Assembly (NCBI GenBank): GCA_048772705.1
Contig: JBLWGC010000121.1
Location: 186,001 to 250,000, forward strand
DNA length: 64,000 nt
Origin: Leidyana gryllorum EB-2025a
Lineage: Eukaryota > Protista > Apicomplexa
Reading direction: 5' to 3'
Shown here: piece by piece, positions 10,824 to 20,253 of the stretch
How the letters are laid out: every line of letters begins with the position of its first letter
Position numbering within the stretch: the stretch's first letter is position 1
Made by a program: the position numbers and the translations under genes
Notes under the pieces: generated by a model
The model's database searches: none
Told to the model about the DNA's origin: nothing
What the model saw: only the letters and a program-made list of their open reading frames with translations

Positions 10824-11225
10824 TCTCTATGCTCAAACTTTGAAGATACCTGGGTGTGATTCACGAGAAAGTCCCAAGGGAGACTGGGACACACGAAGAT
10901 CACAACAGCAAAGATTGACGTCCCCTGACCACTTTTGGAAGTTGTGGACTTTAGCACAGGCGGGGCCACTATGAGATGTTCAGATTTTATTGCTTCTACC
11001 GGAAAAAGCTTGAGTGGTGTTCAATCTGCCTGATTGCCGTGCCGAAGGGAGGGAATTAGAAAGGTACATTTGTAGTGAAAGTCGATGCGTGGGGCCCGGT
11101 GTCTCGGTGGCGTAGTGCGACCGACTCCAGAATTGTGTCTGTGACTGGGTGACCTATCGTAGGTGTGCGAGTTTGTTGTAAACTGTAAAGTAAAACTCTG
11201 TGACCTATCTTGAAATTTGACAGCA

Positions 11226-11417
11226 ATGAAGTTTGTGGCAGCTTTGGCGATAGTCTTCGGTGTTGTGGCTACGGCTCAAGATACTGAAGTTGAAACCACT
11301 GTTCCATCGAGTGCTCAGGCTTCGGCAAGTACTGCTGCGCCCTCTGGCAGCCCACCATACCTCAATGGTATAACCCCAGTGTTTGGATTGCTGGCTTTGA
11401 AGTATTGGAACTTTTAG
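11226..11417 (+). CDS. 63-aa predicted GPI-anchored mini-mucin
   Basis: ATG 11226; signal MKFVAALAIVFGVVATA then Q; tail SGSPPYLNGITPVFGLLALKYWNF. Confidence 0.85.
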   Translation: MKFVAALAIVFGVVATAQDTEVETTVPSSAQASASTAAPSGSPPYLNGITPVFGLLALKYWNF

Positions 11418-11608
11418 ATAGACTGAATGATCTTTGATTTGAATGCCTCTTGTTGACCGAGTCAAAAAGTATTTGTACCACATTCGCCTGTGGTGAAGTG
11501 TGTGAGAGTTTGTGCAATGAGCAGCCCAGAGTGTGTGTGTCTCCGAATGGATGGAAAGTGAAGAGATTTGGGTCAAGTTTGACTCCCAGTGCCCCTTATT
11601 AATTACAA

Positions 11609-12073
11609 ATGCGAGTTTGGATCTCACTGTTGGTGGTGACTTTGTACACGAAGGGTGTCGAGGCGGTTGAAGACACGGAAGCTACCGTATATATGAGCAT
11701 TAGCAGTGGTTCTGCTAAGGGATTAGAGACTCTGAAGCCAGAGGAAACGACAGCTGATGAGAGCGACGAAATAGCGTCGCGAGATACAACGGCAGCTGAG
11801 ACAACGGTGGCAGAGACGACTGCGCAAGTAGAAACTGTGGTACTTGACACTACACTCGATGATACTACAATTGTTACTGACACCGGCGAAGAAACCTTGG
11901 CCGCGAATGAAACAAGTTCTTCAGTGGCTAGTGATTTCGGCTACATGATGACTGACACTGGTGATGTGGATTTAAATGAAGAAGATACCGATGAGGCAAT
12001 GTGGGATGGAGAATTCCCCTTATTTACAATGATAGGCGGTCTCAGTAGCGCTGTGATTGTCGGACTCTTATAG
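11609..12073 (+). CDS. 154-aa acidic Thr-rich surface protein with hydrophobic C-terminus
   Basis: Signal-like N-terminus, ETT/DTT repeats, tail DGEFPLFTMIGGLSSAVIVGLL. Confidence 0.8.
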   Translation: MRVWISLLVVTLYTKGVEAVEDTEATVYMSISSGSAKGLETLKPEETTADESDEIASRDTTAAETTVAETTAQVETVVLDTTLDDTTIVTDTGEETLAANETSSSVASDFGYMMTDTGDVDLNEEDTDEAMWDGEFPLFTMIGGLSSAVIVGLL

Positions 12074-12160
12074 ACAGAGTATGGTGCCGGCTGCTGCACC
12101 TCCGACGCACGAAAGGTGCGTGTGTGTTCCGGTGCACCCTGAAGAGAGACACAACTGAAG

Positions 12161-12343
12161 ATGAAATTCACCAGCATCCTTTTCCTTGCTTTCGGCTTCT
12201 TGGCCGTTGCCAACGCCCAGTCGGATACCACCAAGGCTGAAGACTCTACCACCTCCGCGGGAAGCAGCACCAGCAAGAGCGGAGTTGCGCCTTTCATGGT
12301 TCTTGGAGTTCCGATGATCACCATGCTGGCCTACAACATGTGA
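12161..12343 (+). CDS. 60-aa predicted GPI-anchored peptide precursor
   Basis: Signal MKFTSILFLAFGFLAVANA, about 21-aa S/T-rich core, tail SGVAPFMVLGVPMITMLAYNM. Confidence 0.8.
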   Translation: MKFTSILFLAFGFLAVANAQSDTTKAEDSTTSAGSSTSKSGVAPFMVLGVPMITMLAYNM

Positions 12344-12398
12344 ACTTTTGATGTGATTGAACACTGAGTGCCACTTGATTAGCAAATAAAAACAAAGA

Positions 12399-13766
12399 AT
12401 GTCCCACGGTAATTGTCACTGCCCGGTATGTGGCACTGCCGCGCCTATTGAATGCGCTGCCGGTCACAGTGCAAAAGCACGGTGCCCTGACTGCTCCTAT
12501 CCAATCAAGTTTGACAAATTCACCTACATACCCGGCATCCACCCACGACCTCTCGCCAATTTGATATGTGACGATTGTCACGAACCTATTGAGCCTTCGG
12601 CCTGTTGCGCGGCCCCAATGGTACTTTGGTGTGTCCTATGCGCTTCGGTAAGCCTCAGTGCCAGCCCTATAAGTCTGTATCAGCGAGAGCACAAGGTGGC
12701 ACTGACTCAAGACGGCCCCCAGCCTCAGTTCGTCACGCCCTACCATTCATCCCAGCTGCCCCCAGCGGCTGGCCCAGAACACTCTCAAGCCTCAACCATC
12801 GATGCCCACACTCCCCTACGATGGAGGTTAGAACAGAGCCTCCCCGAAATGGACCCTCGATTGGATGAGCTCTGGCGTCGATGGGGCGGCACACTGCTTC
12901 TCCATCACATTCTTGACACCTGGAGACCTGAAGCTGTGGCTGCGACTCTCTCTAACCGGGTGAAATATGGGTTCAGAACGGGAATACGCAATGCCATCGA
13001 CGTCACCATGGAACAGACTCACCAGCAGGCGGCGTCTTATTTTGTTCACGACGGATGTCCACGCTGCGGGTTTATCGTCGTTGTGCGTATCACGCGATAT
13101 GAGTTGTTCCTCGTATGCCGTATCTGCGATTGGAACAGAGCAGTTCCCAGAATGGCCTTATTGGGAGGTGAGTTGACAAATGTTCTTTTCAACCTGAACA
13201 CACATTCCCGCCTCGCAGCTGTCGAGAACCACGACTGTGTCGACCCTCTCATGTCGCCAAGAATCCATTCTTTGGGCCCCGTGAAGGACAGCGGTGACCG
13301 CGAGGCGCAAGTCGCGGCGGTGGAGTACCAATTGATGGACATCCATCTGCTCAATGGGGGACATATGATACCGCCACATTCTACAGAGGCCCTCCGCAAG
13401 TCTAATCATCAACGCATTCAGGCACTCACGAGCAATCAAAAAGTCACCTTGACTCATTTGCTCAGTTCCCTGGGCGTTGGGGCCATAGAAATGCTGAATA
13501 AAGGCACACCTTCCCACGAGCGCTGCAAGACTTGCGGTTTCACCATAGCAAAGAAGACTAATCTGACCTCAGTCTGCCCCCTCGGCTGTCTACCGCCCGT
13601 CGTTGCACTCAGCTGTGTCGAGGAATCCTGGGAAGACCTCGCCGACATCGGAGACGACTTCGAACAGGAAACCTCCACAGAACAGCGAGGAAGGGTGGGT
13701 GCCGGTGGGCAACGAGGACTTGCTCCTCAACCGCAACCACAGGAGCAATCAAGTCCCAACTGGTAG
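12399..13766 (+). CDS. 455-aa multi zinc-ribbon (CxxC) protein
   Basis: CPVC, CPDC, CDDC, CVLC, CPRC...CRIC and CKTC...CPLGC motifs; A-rich leader before the ATG. Confidence 0.7.
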   Translation: MSHGNCHCPVCGTAAPIECAAGHSAKARCPDCSYPIKFDKFTYIPGIHPRPLANLICDDCHEPIEPSACCAAPMVLWCVLCASVSLSASPISLYQREHKVALTQDGPQPQFVTPYHSSQLPPAAGPEHSQASTIDAHTPLRWRLEQSLPEMDPRLDELWRRWGGTLLLHHILDTWRPEAVAATLSNRVKYGFRTGIRNAIDVTMEQTHQQAASYFVHDGCPRCGFIVVVRITRYELFLVCRICDWNRAVPRMALLGGELTNVLFNLNTHSRLAAVENHDCVDPLMSPRIHSLGPVKDSGDREAQVAAVEYQLMDIHLLNGGHMIPPHSTEALRKSNHQRIQALTSNQKVTLTHLLSSLGVGAIEMLNKGTPSHERCKTCGFTIAKKTNLTSVCPLGCLPPVVALSCVEESWEDLADIGDDFEQETSTEQRGRVGAGGQRGLAPQPQPQEQSSPNW

Positions 13767-13860
13767 GACTCACTCACTTTCCAACATACGATAATCTGAT
13801 TAATATATAGGGTTGATGATCATTGACCGATTACTAAAGAAGAAAAGTTGATGAAATACG

Positions 13861-14733
13861 TCACACGCTGACCTCAGTGAAGGACTGCCTGGTGACTGCT
13901 ATGCGGAGGACGCGAATATAAAACGCTCCCTCCTCCACGTCTTTGACCGGGACACATTGGAGCTTGTCAACCCGGAAGGTACCACAAGTCTGATGGAGCT
14001 CTTGTAAAGTGTTCTTTGCATTCGACGAGACCGTCGCCTCCCGAAGCTCCACAACAGCCCTTGCCAGCCGCTCTTGGGTCGCCGCCCAGACAAGAAACAG
14101 CTCACGCAAGTTTGCTGCCGACTCAACAATCAACTTGGCCCCGTAGGAGCTGGCGAAAATGGCAGCATCTCGCATCACAGCGATACCCTCCCGCGCGTTC
14201 GGAAGCCATACTCCATCCAGTTGCGGAAGCTCCAGGTAGACGAGAGGGTGGTAATACCACAAGGAAAGACGGCTGCATTGACTGAGGTTCGCCGCGACGT
14301 GATCGAATAGCTCCTCAGCTGACGTCTCGGAATGCCACTTCAACTCCTTCACAACCAGAGGTCTGACGCGTAGACTAAGCGACTTTGTCGCAATATCAAA
14401 TGGTGCCTTTGTTCGACTCTCCAACTCGATGACCAGTTCTTCTTCCGCCCTCGCGATTATTGTATCCAGCAGTGTCTGATAAAAGGCCCAGTCGTCCTCG
14501 TCGGCGTCTTCTTCCAACCGCACTCGGACCGATCTCACATTATGCAGCGATGACGAAATCCACTCATCCAGTATTTCAGCCGAGTAAGATCGTCTCAAAA
14601 GTCCAAGATCTCGAATCGTCAATTGATCTCCACCCAGGGCGACATGGAGGCTCCATGAATCTCGCACCAAATGCTCAAATGCCGGGTGCTCGAGTCCTAG
14701 GAAACCTGCCAGCCGCGCCTGAGCTGCCAGCAT
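13861..14733 (-). CDS. 290-aa hypothetical protein, LRR-like strands
   Basis: Intronless ORF with AAA-ATG start; NVRSVRVRL, VKELKWH, CSRLSLW. Confidence 0.65.
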   Translation of the reverse strand: MLAAQARLAGFLGLEHPAFEHLVRDSWSLHVALGGDQLTIRDLGLLRRSYSAEILDEWISSSLHNVRSVRVRLEEDADEDDWAFYQTLLDTIIARAEEELVIELESRTKAPFDIATKSLSLRVRPLVVKELKWHSETSAEELFDHVAANLSQCSRLSLWYYHPLVYLELPQLDGVWLPNAREGIAVMRDAAIFASSYGAKLIVESAANLRELFLVWAATQERLARAVVELREATVSSNAKNTLQELHQTCGTFRVDKLQCVPVKDVEEGAFYIRVLRIAVTRQSFTEVSV

Positions 14734-14754
14734 TTTATAATGAAAAAAAATACT

Positions 14755-15867
14755 TTAGCGACAATTCCAGGTGCGAGGCTCAAAGTACTTCTGATGCCAT
14801 TCCTCAGCACGTAATTTCAGAGTAGAGGAATCCCAACTACACAGCATACTCAGTGAAGTACTCAGATCAGAGATAAATCGATCGACGCTCGGTAGCAGCC
14901 CCTCCATTCCGCGGGAACGTAACCGGTTCCTCTTCCATACAATTCTTCGGTCGTCCGCGATCACCGTCCGCATCATTCTTTCGTACTCTTCAGCCTTCGC
15001 TTCCGGAACGCAGGCGTCTACTAATCTAATTTCCAGGCCTTGATTCATTGCGGGTTGCGAATGCGAACTGGCATCAAGTTTGGCGTCAGCCACTCTTCGC
15101 TCATTGACAGGAGACGCAGTTTCCGGACACTCAAAAGGATAATGTTCCATCCATATACTCCAGAGAGCGACGCAGAGCAGGAAATGACGAACATTACCCA
15201 GCCGCGCAATCCTTACATTATGGCAGTGAGCAGCCAAAACAGCTTTGAGATCCTCCAATGTTTGACACCCTGAGCCAATACAACAACGGATCATGACGTC
15301 TCGTGGGATTTGGGTGCGTGGCGCCAGTGGCAAAGCCAATTGTTGCAGTTTTGATGGAGGCCCGTTTGGCCCGTCGAAAAATCGTGTGCACACATATTCT
15401 GTAAGAGTGACGGGTGTGCCTTCTGGGTAGGAAGGTACTGCAATGCCAAGGCACCGGAGCCGGGGATACCATTGGGGGGTGACATTGAAGACGGTTGTTC
15501 CTGGTCGATGTTCGTTGGAGGGGACAATGGGGCCATCAAAGACAAAGCTTTCGAGATGAGGGCCAGTGGTAGAAAGAAAGTTAATTAGATCGCAGAATCT
15601 AAATCCAGCGGTGGGATCGCACATTTGTTGCTCCGCTGTTTCCTGGTACAGGAAGGTGACAAGTCTGGGCATTATTGATGATAAGAAGGGCACTAGCACA
15701 GTGTCACGAAAGGGTTCCGAGTGTAACATTGAGGGAGTGATGGACACATTTTGTGTATATTTGACAAGCACAGTAAGTATTTCGGGGATGTCGTGAGCAA
15801 ATTGCAGGGAAGTATCTAAAGGGAGGAACGCGAGTGTGTGAGCAAGGCAGTCATTGGATAGGTACAT
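14755..15867 (-). CDS. F-box-like / LRR-like protein (about 370 aa)
   Basis: N-terminus MYLSNDCLAHTLAFLPLD resembles an F-box; PRLVTFLY, PHLESFVF, PRLRCLGI, SKLQQLAL repeats; alternative ATG at 15912. Confidence 0.7.
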   Translation of the reverse strand: MYLSNDCLAHTLAFLPLDTSLQFAHDIPEILTVLVKYTQNVSITPSMLHSEPFRDTVLVPFLSSIMPRLVTFLYQETAEQQMCDPTAGFRFCDLINFLSTTGPHLESFVFDGPIVPSNEHRPGTTVFNVTPQWYPRLRCLGIAVPSYPEGTPVTLTEYVCTRFFDGPNGPPSKLQQLALPLAPRTQIPRDVMIRCCIGSGCQTLEDLKAVLAAHCHNVRIARLGNVRHFLLCVALWSIWMEHYPFECPETASPVNERRVADAKLDASSHSQPAMNQGLEIRLVDACVPEAKAEEYERMMRTVIADDRRIVWKRNRLRSRGMEGLLPSVDRFISDLSTSLSMLCSWDSSTLKLRAEEWHQKYFEPRTWNCR

Positions 15868-15871
15868 ATTG

Positions 15872-17140
15872 TTATGGAGTATCGACAAAGACTTTTCGAG
15901 GGGTCCAGGCATTGGGGAAAAAGTGGGTGGTGATCCAGTTGTAAACCCTATCTGTGACTACCTGGTGGGTCCATTCTGGAAAGACGATTTGGACGAGCTC
16001 TTCGACATTCTGGAGCCTCAAATGAGGGAAGTCGGGTGTGGCTTGGTCGACCAAAATTCCGACATTTTCCTTGAGAATCTGGATGCATGGGAGTGATTTG
16101 ATGACTTGGTAGATCGCTAGAAATGAAAGGAAGTTGGCTCGCGGGAGCAAGACTTCCATGTTGCCGATCTGAATGATTGGGAGTGTTTGTTGTTGTTCAG
16201 GCGTGTCATAGATGCGGCGCAGTTCGGCAGCACAGCTGAGGGTGACTAGACTCGGTAGGGAGGAACAGTAGTCGAAGCGTAAGGCTTGAGGGTAGAAGCC
16301 GCGTTGATGGAGATTGAGCATCCTGTGAACCACATCGAAGCTCTGCTTCCCGAGTACATCCTGAGTGACAACACATCGTGGAAGGTTTAAAAGTACCCTT
16401 TCACTGATTATATCCGGATTGAATTCCATCCAGGCGGTCTCATCCAGGATCATCTCCACTAACTTTGGCGATTTTTGGATCTTTGGGAGAAAGTTGTCTC
16501 TCGCAATTATGACGCTCGCCAATAGCTCGTCTTCGCTCGCCGGACAAGTCCACTGGTATGACCGCAGATTTGGGCACCCGTCATCTGGCGACGACCTTTG
16601 CTGATTTTTCTCGAACGACGCTTCCAGGACGACGAGAGGGACAAACTTGTTGGGCAAAGGGATTGTTCGTCCGTGGACGATGAAAGTGCGCAGCGTATGC
16701 CGAGCTAAGGTGACGAGCTCTAAAAGCTCAATGATAGAAGCCGCTGGCACCTCATATTGAAGCAGTGGAGACGCGTCTCCCTCAGTGAGGCCCACTTGGA
16801 TCACTTGTTGGTTGCGGTTGAATTGGTGGCCGAGTCCGCCGTTGGGGACCGGGTCGACTCGCAGAGCAGCGTACCGAGGGAAGTGGAGTTTCCGAATGCA
16901 TTTTATAGTTCGAAGAAAGGGTAACGACCTCCGGAATGTGGTTCGGGCGGTGGCCCAATTGGGGACACTGGTACAGTCTCTCGCAAATTGGGTCAATTTA
17001 GCGTTATAGTCAAGGTGTGTGAAGATCAGTTCATCACGATAAAATGCTTTCCACGCCGTGCAAACTCGTCGCAGACGCGTGCATTCCTCAAATGATAGTA
17101 TTTCCCGCGCTAATATGCGATAAACCTCAGATAATGACAT
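15872..17140 (-). CDS. F-box-like / LRR-like protein (422 aa)
   Basis: LSEVYRILAREILSFEECTRLRRVCTAW fits the F-box L..VC..W end; CPNLRSYQW, PKLVEMIL. Confidence 0.75.
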   Translation of the reverse strand: MSLSEVYRILAREILSFEECTRLRRVCTAWKAFYRDELIFTHLDYNAKLTQFARDCTSVPNWATARTTFRRSLPFLRTIKCIRKLHFPRYAALRVDPVPNGGLGHQFNRNQQVIQVGLTEGDASPLLQYEVPAASIIELLELVTLARHTLRTFIVHGRTIPLPNKFVPLVVLEASFEKNQQRSSPDDGCPNLRSYQWTCPASEDELLASVIIARDNFLPKIQKSPKLVEMILDETAWMEFNPDIISERVLLNLPRCVVTQDVLGKQSFDVVHRMLNLHQRGFYPQALRFDYCSSLPSLVTLSCAAELRRIYDTPEQQQTLPIIQIGNMEVLLPRANFLSFLAIYQVIKSLPCIQILKENVGILVDQATPDFPHLRLQNVEELVQIVFPEWTHQVVTDRVYNWITTHFFPNAWTPRKVFVDTP

Positions 17141-17177
17141 ATTTCCACAACAAAGAAGCAGAAGATTTTAGACTAAA

Positions 17178-17750
17178 TCAGGGGGCTACCTGGAGATTTA
17201 CGACGCCTGCGGGCTGCACCTGCGCCACCTGCTGCCCTGTCGCGGAATAAGTAGTGAGTCTTGGGCTTTGAAGCGGACTTTGAATCACCGGAGTCTCTCC
17301 TGTCAACGGACTCTGGACAGCGAATTGTTGAACAGACGCAGCCTGGAGGGGCTGGACACCTGCTGCTGCGACCTGCTGCGGGTACACTGGCACCATCATG
17401 GGCGGCGGAGGCGCCGTTCTCTGCGGCGGAACCGGCCCGTTGGTTGTTGGTACATAGTATACGACGTGGGGCGGCGGGGGTGGGGCAGTAACGGCCGCAG
17501 GGGGCTGCGGTTGGGTTTGATTCCAGATGATAGGACCGGTTGGACCGCCTGTAACCACAACAGGGTTATTTGTCTTGACCATGACATTCTGATGAGGCAG
17601 AGGCTCGATGACAATCGTGTCCTTATGGGTGTTGGTGCTCGTCGGCCGCGCATAAATCACACTCTTGAAACACTCCGATATCATCCAGGCACATAGGATC
17701 GCTATCAACGACCAGATGAGGATCTCCAGCACAATAGTACCCGTACTCAT
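17178..17750 (-). CDS. 190-aa single-pass membrane protein with Pro/Gln-rich tail
   Basis: N-terminal hydrophobic helix, PPPPP and VYYVP low-complexity tail. Confidence 0.7.
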   Translation of the reverse strand: MSTGTIVLEILIWSLIAILCAWMISECFKSVIYARPTSTNTHKDTIVIEPLPHQNVMVKTNNPVVVTGGPTGPIIWNQTQPQPPAAVTAPPPPPHVVYYVPTTNGPVPPQRTAPPPPMMVPVYPQQVAAAGVQPLQAASVQQFAVQSPLTGETPVIQSPLQSPRLTTYSATGQQVAQVQPAGVVNLQVAP

Positions 17751-18334
17751 TGCTTGTACACGATAAAAATCAAATTGCTACTCCCTTTCCTGTCACAGTG
17801 GAGCCACCTACAAATTCATTCCAATTCCAAACAAACAAAGGATTCATCCAATTCGGACACCTCCAAAGGCCCAAAGCCGATCTGTCTCTTTCTGACTACG
17901 CCGCCTTTCACCCTCCGGAGGGCAAACAGTGCCCAAACATTCATCCCGCCCTGGCCGAACAGGATCGGATCACGAGGCCCAATTTCGGATGAGACACCGA
18001 GCCTCAAAACGGCCGGCTGGCGAGGCTGAACCCATCCAGAAGTGACTTCGCGGTCTCTTCAGAGTACTGAAACCCACTCGCGGACCAACTACGGTGCCAA
18101 CTTGAGACCCCCCTCCCGTCTCTGTCACCCAGTGGCGGGTTCGCCTTGCCGAGGCCTTTCCCGCCAATCCCGCCTTTGACGAGGCTCTAAGGATGTGTCA
18201 AACTCTGTCTCCCGTCTGAGGCCTCTATTTGGTCAAAGATTCGCTCGAGTGGCAATCTCATGGCGTGGCCGACATTTGGAGTGGTCATTAATATTATTTC
18301 CATCAAGTCATCATTTTTTGAGACTATAGTGGAG

Positions 18335-19243
18335 ATGAATCTTCATGTCGGTGGGGTGATGCAATTTTTGGAGTTCGCAGAGGCCCTGCAGTTCGCTCAG
18401 CTCTCTTCGGGTGTGAGCGACTTTGTGGAGGAGGCTTGGTATCCCTCGAACGTACAATTGGACTCTTGGAAAATGCTCGTTGCTATGAGCGCCGAGTCGG
18501 GACGTCGTTTGCAGAGACTATGGAGCCGAGCCGTCACTGTCGAAGTCAGTGTACCGACGATTCATCCGCAGGATTTGGAGATTCTCATAAAGATGGCTCG
18601 AAGGGCAGAAAGCTTCAAGATCAGGGGCACCTCCATAGACGCTGACCACACGCGAGTCTTTGCTGGGGCAGAGGTGCCGCCCTCTCTCCCACCGAGCGAT
18701 GAACGCCGTCCCAACTTGTTAACTCAGCTCAGTCTGGAGGTATCGGGAGCCTCTTCAGTGGAGATGATCGAGTCTCTGAATCTTCCCACTTCCCTCGCAG
18801 ATATTTATCTGCCACCAAAGCTTCTCCTTGAGTTGTCTAAAAGAAATCCCGAACTCCTTCGACACCATAATGTCCACCTATTGCTGCCTCAAGACATACT
18901 GAGGTCTGCTCTACTCGAGGAGCTAATTGAGATCTTCGACTCTCCCACTCTACTCTGCTCCATTCGCAGCTGGTTTTTGACAGCTGTCACTGAAGTCAAT
19001 ATTTTTCTAGCTGAAGTACTATATCAGGCGCTCTGCCAACGATTCAAAGTACAGCAGCCACACTTCCACTTGGCCAATGTAGCCGGCACTAACATCTCAA
19101 GCGCAGCTATTCGAGAGTCGATTGAAGCGCGCGTCATATTGGGATTATTTCTCCAAAATCCCAAACTCTCTGCCTCTGTCGCAGACGAAACTTGTGTTGC
19201 CTTGTTCAAGGCTCTGCCCCAAAGGACTCTTCTCCAGGTTTAG
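18335..19243 (+). CDS. Hypothetical protein with degenerate F-box-like N-terminus
   Basis: VMQFLEFAEALQFAQLS; LLTQLSLEV, SLADIYLP; upstream in-frame ATG at 18260 also possible. Confidence 0.6.
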   Translation: MNLHVGGVMQFLEFAEALQFAQLSSGVSDFVEEAWYPSNVQLDSWKMLVAMSAESGRRLQRLWSRAVTVEVSVPTIHPQDLEILIKMARRAESFKIRGTSIDADHTRVFAGAEVPPSLPPSDERRPNLLTQLSLEVSGASSVEMIESLNLPTSLADIYLPPKLLLELSKRNPELLRHHNVHLLLPQDILRSALLEELIEIFDSPTLLCSIRSWFLTAVTEVNIFLAEVLYQALCQRFKVQQPHFHLANVAGTNISSAAIRESIEARVILGLFLQNPKLSASVADETCVALFKALPQRTLLQV

Positions 19244-19482
19244 TCTAGTCAACTTAAGTAAGCGGTCCCCAATGTATTGCTGATTCAATACTTTCTAAAT
19301 CTCACAATATACGACATACGAGCAACGATAGTTGAAATACATTCATAACAAACACCTCGTCTCAATATCGAGTCAATGGCGGTGGGCGCACACGTGTGTG
19401 CTGCGTGGCGAGCCGACCAGAGCAGAGTTTAGACGTCCGAAAAGGCTTCCGATTAGCGCGGACACACAACCCAAGTGGACAA

Positions 19483-20187
19483 CTACCCGGTAACGGTAAA
19501 GTACCCGGAGGTTACGTTTCTGACTTGGGCACTGGTGCGTGCAACGACGGTAGGAATATCTGAGGCAGCCCCGATATCGGGTATTCTGAGCCAAACATTG
19601 ATTCCGCGGTCGGGGGAGACGGTTTTATTCCAAAAGCGGAGTAAGACCGAGTGATCGAGGGTTACTTGTAGATTACCGCTTGCTCGTTGCGTTGTTACTG
19701 GTATGGGGAATCCCACGGGCTGTCGGTTGGAACCAAGGGTAGCTTGGAGGAGGGCTACTTGACAGGAGTCAGTAGTCGTTTGGGGGGGTTCGGCGGGGCC
19801 CATAAGGGCAGTTACTACGTCGTGCACAGGGGGAAGCCAGGGAATCTGCACCCGCACGTACTGTATTTTTGTGAAATCCTGCTGGGTGAGCCCAGTTGGG
19901 AAGAGATTGAGGAACACGTAATCCCGTAAAGGTAGACAGGCGTTGGCTATGACTGTAGAGCCCTGATGGAAGCCATAGGCACATCCAATAGCTCCATGGG
20001 GTCTCAAACAGGCAGCGGCTTCGAGCCAAGAGGGGAAATTATCGAGCGTGCACCACGAACTACACGTCCATTGACAGTGAGCATTTTGAGTTGCCGCTGT
20101 AGAGATAGCCGAGAGTACAGCCGTGCCAGTTGAGCAGGAAAGATAAAGACTTTGTACGACAGCCGGGAAAACGAATAGCGACAGCAT
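19483..20187 (-). CDS. Predicted secreted Cys-containing protein, divergent from Argonaute
   Basis: Non-shadow part of ORF 19483..20646; MLSLFVFPAVVQS signal-like start; may splice to a short last exon ending 19373. Confidence 0.5.
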   Translation of the reverse strand: MLSLFVFPAVVQSLYLSCSTGTAVLSAISTAATQNAHCQWTCSSWCTLDNFPSWLEAAACLRPHGAIGCAYGFHQGSTVIANACLPLRDYVFLNLFPTGLTQQDFTKIQYVRVQIPWLPPVHDVVTALMGPAEPPQTTTDSCQVALLQATLGSNRQPVGFPIPVTTQRASGNLQVTLDHSVLLRFWNKTVSPDRGINVWLRIPDIGAASDIPTVVARTSAQVRNVTSGYFTVTG

Positions 20188-20253
20188 CCGAAAAGGTGTG
20201 TGCGTGAGGATTCGAGGTAGCTGAGAAGGTGGAGACATTGAAAAGGACCAAAA

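Noticed and set aside
1043-10974. Val-rich antisense ORFs (1043..1591, 1808..2308, 2646..3119, MIAPSFFVVV copies)
   Set aside because: Shadows of Thr codons (ACN) and of the minisatellite on the opposite strand
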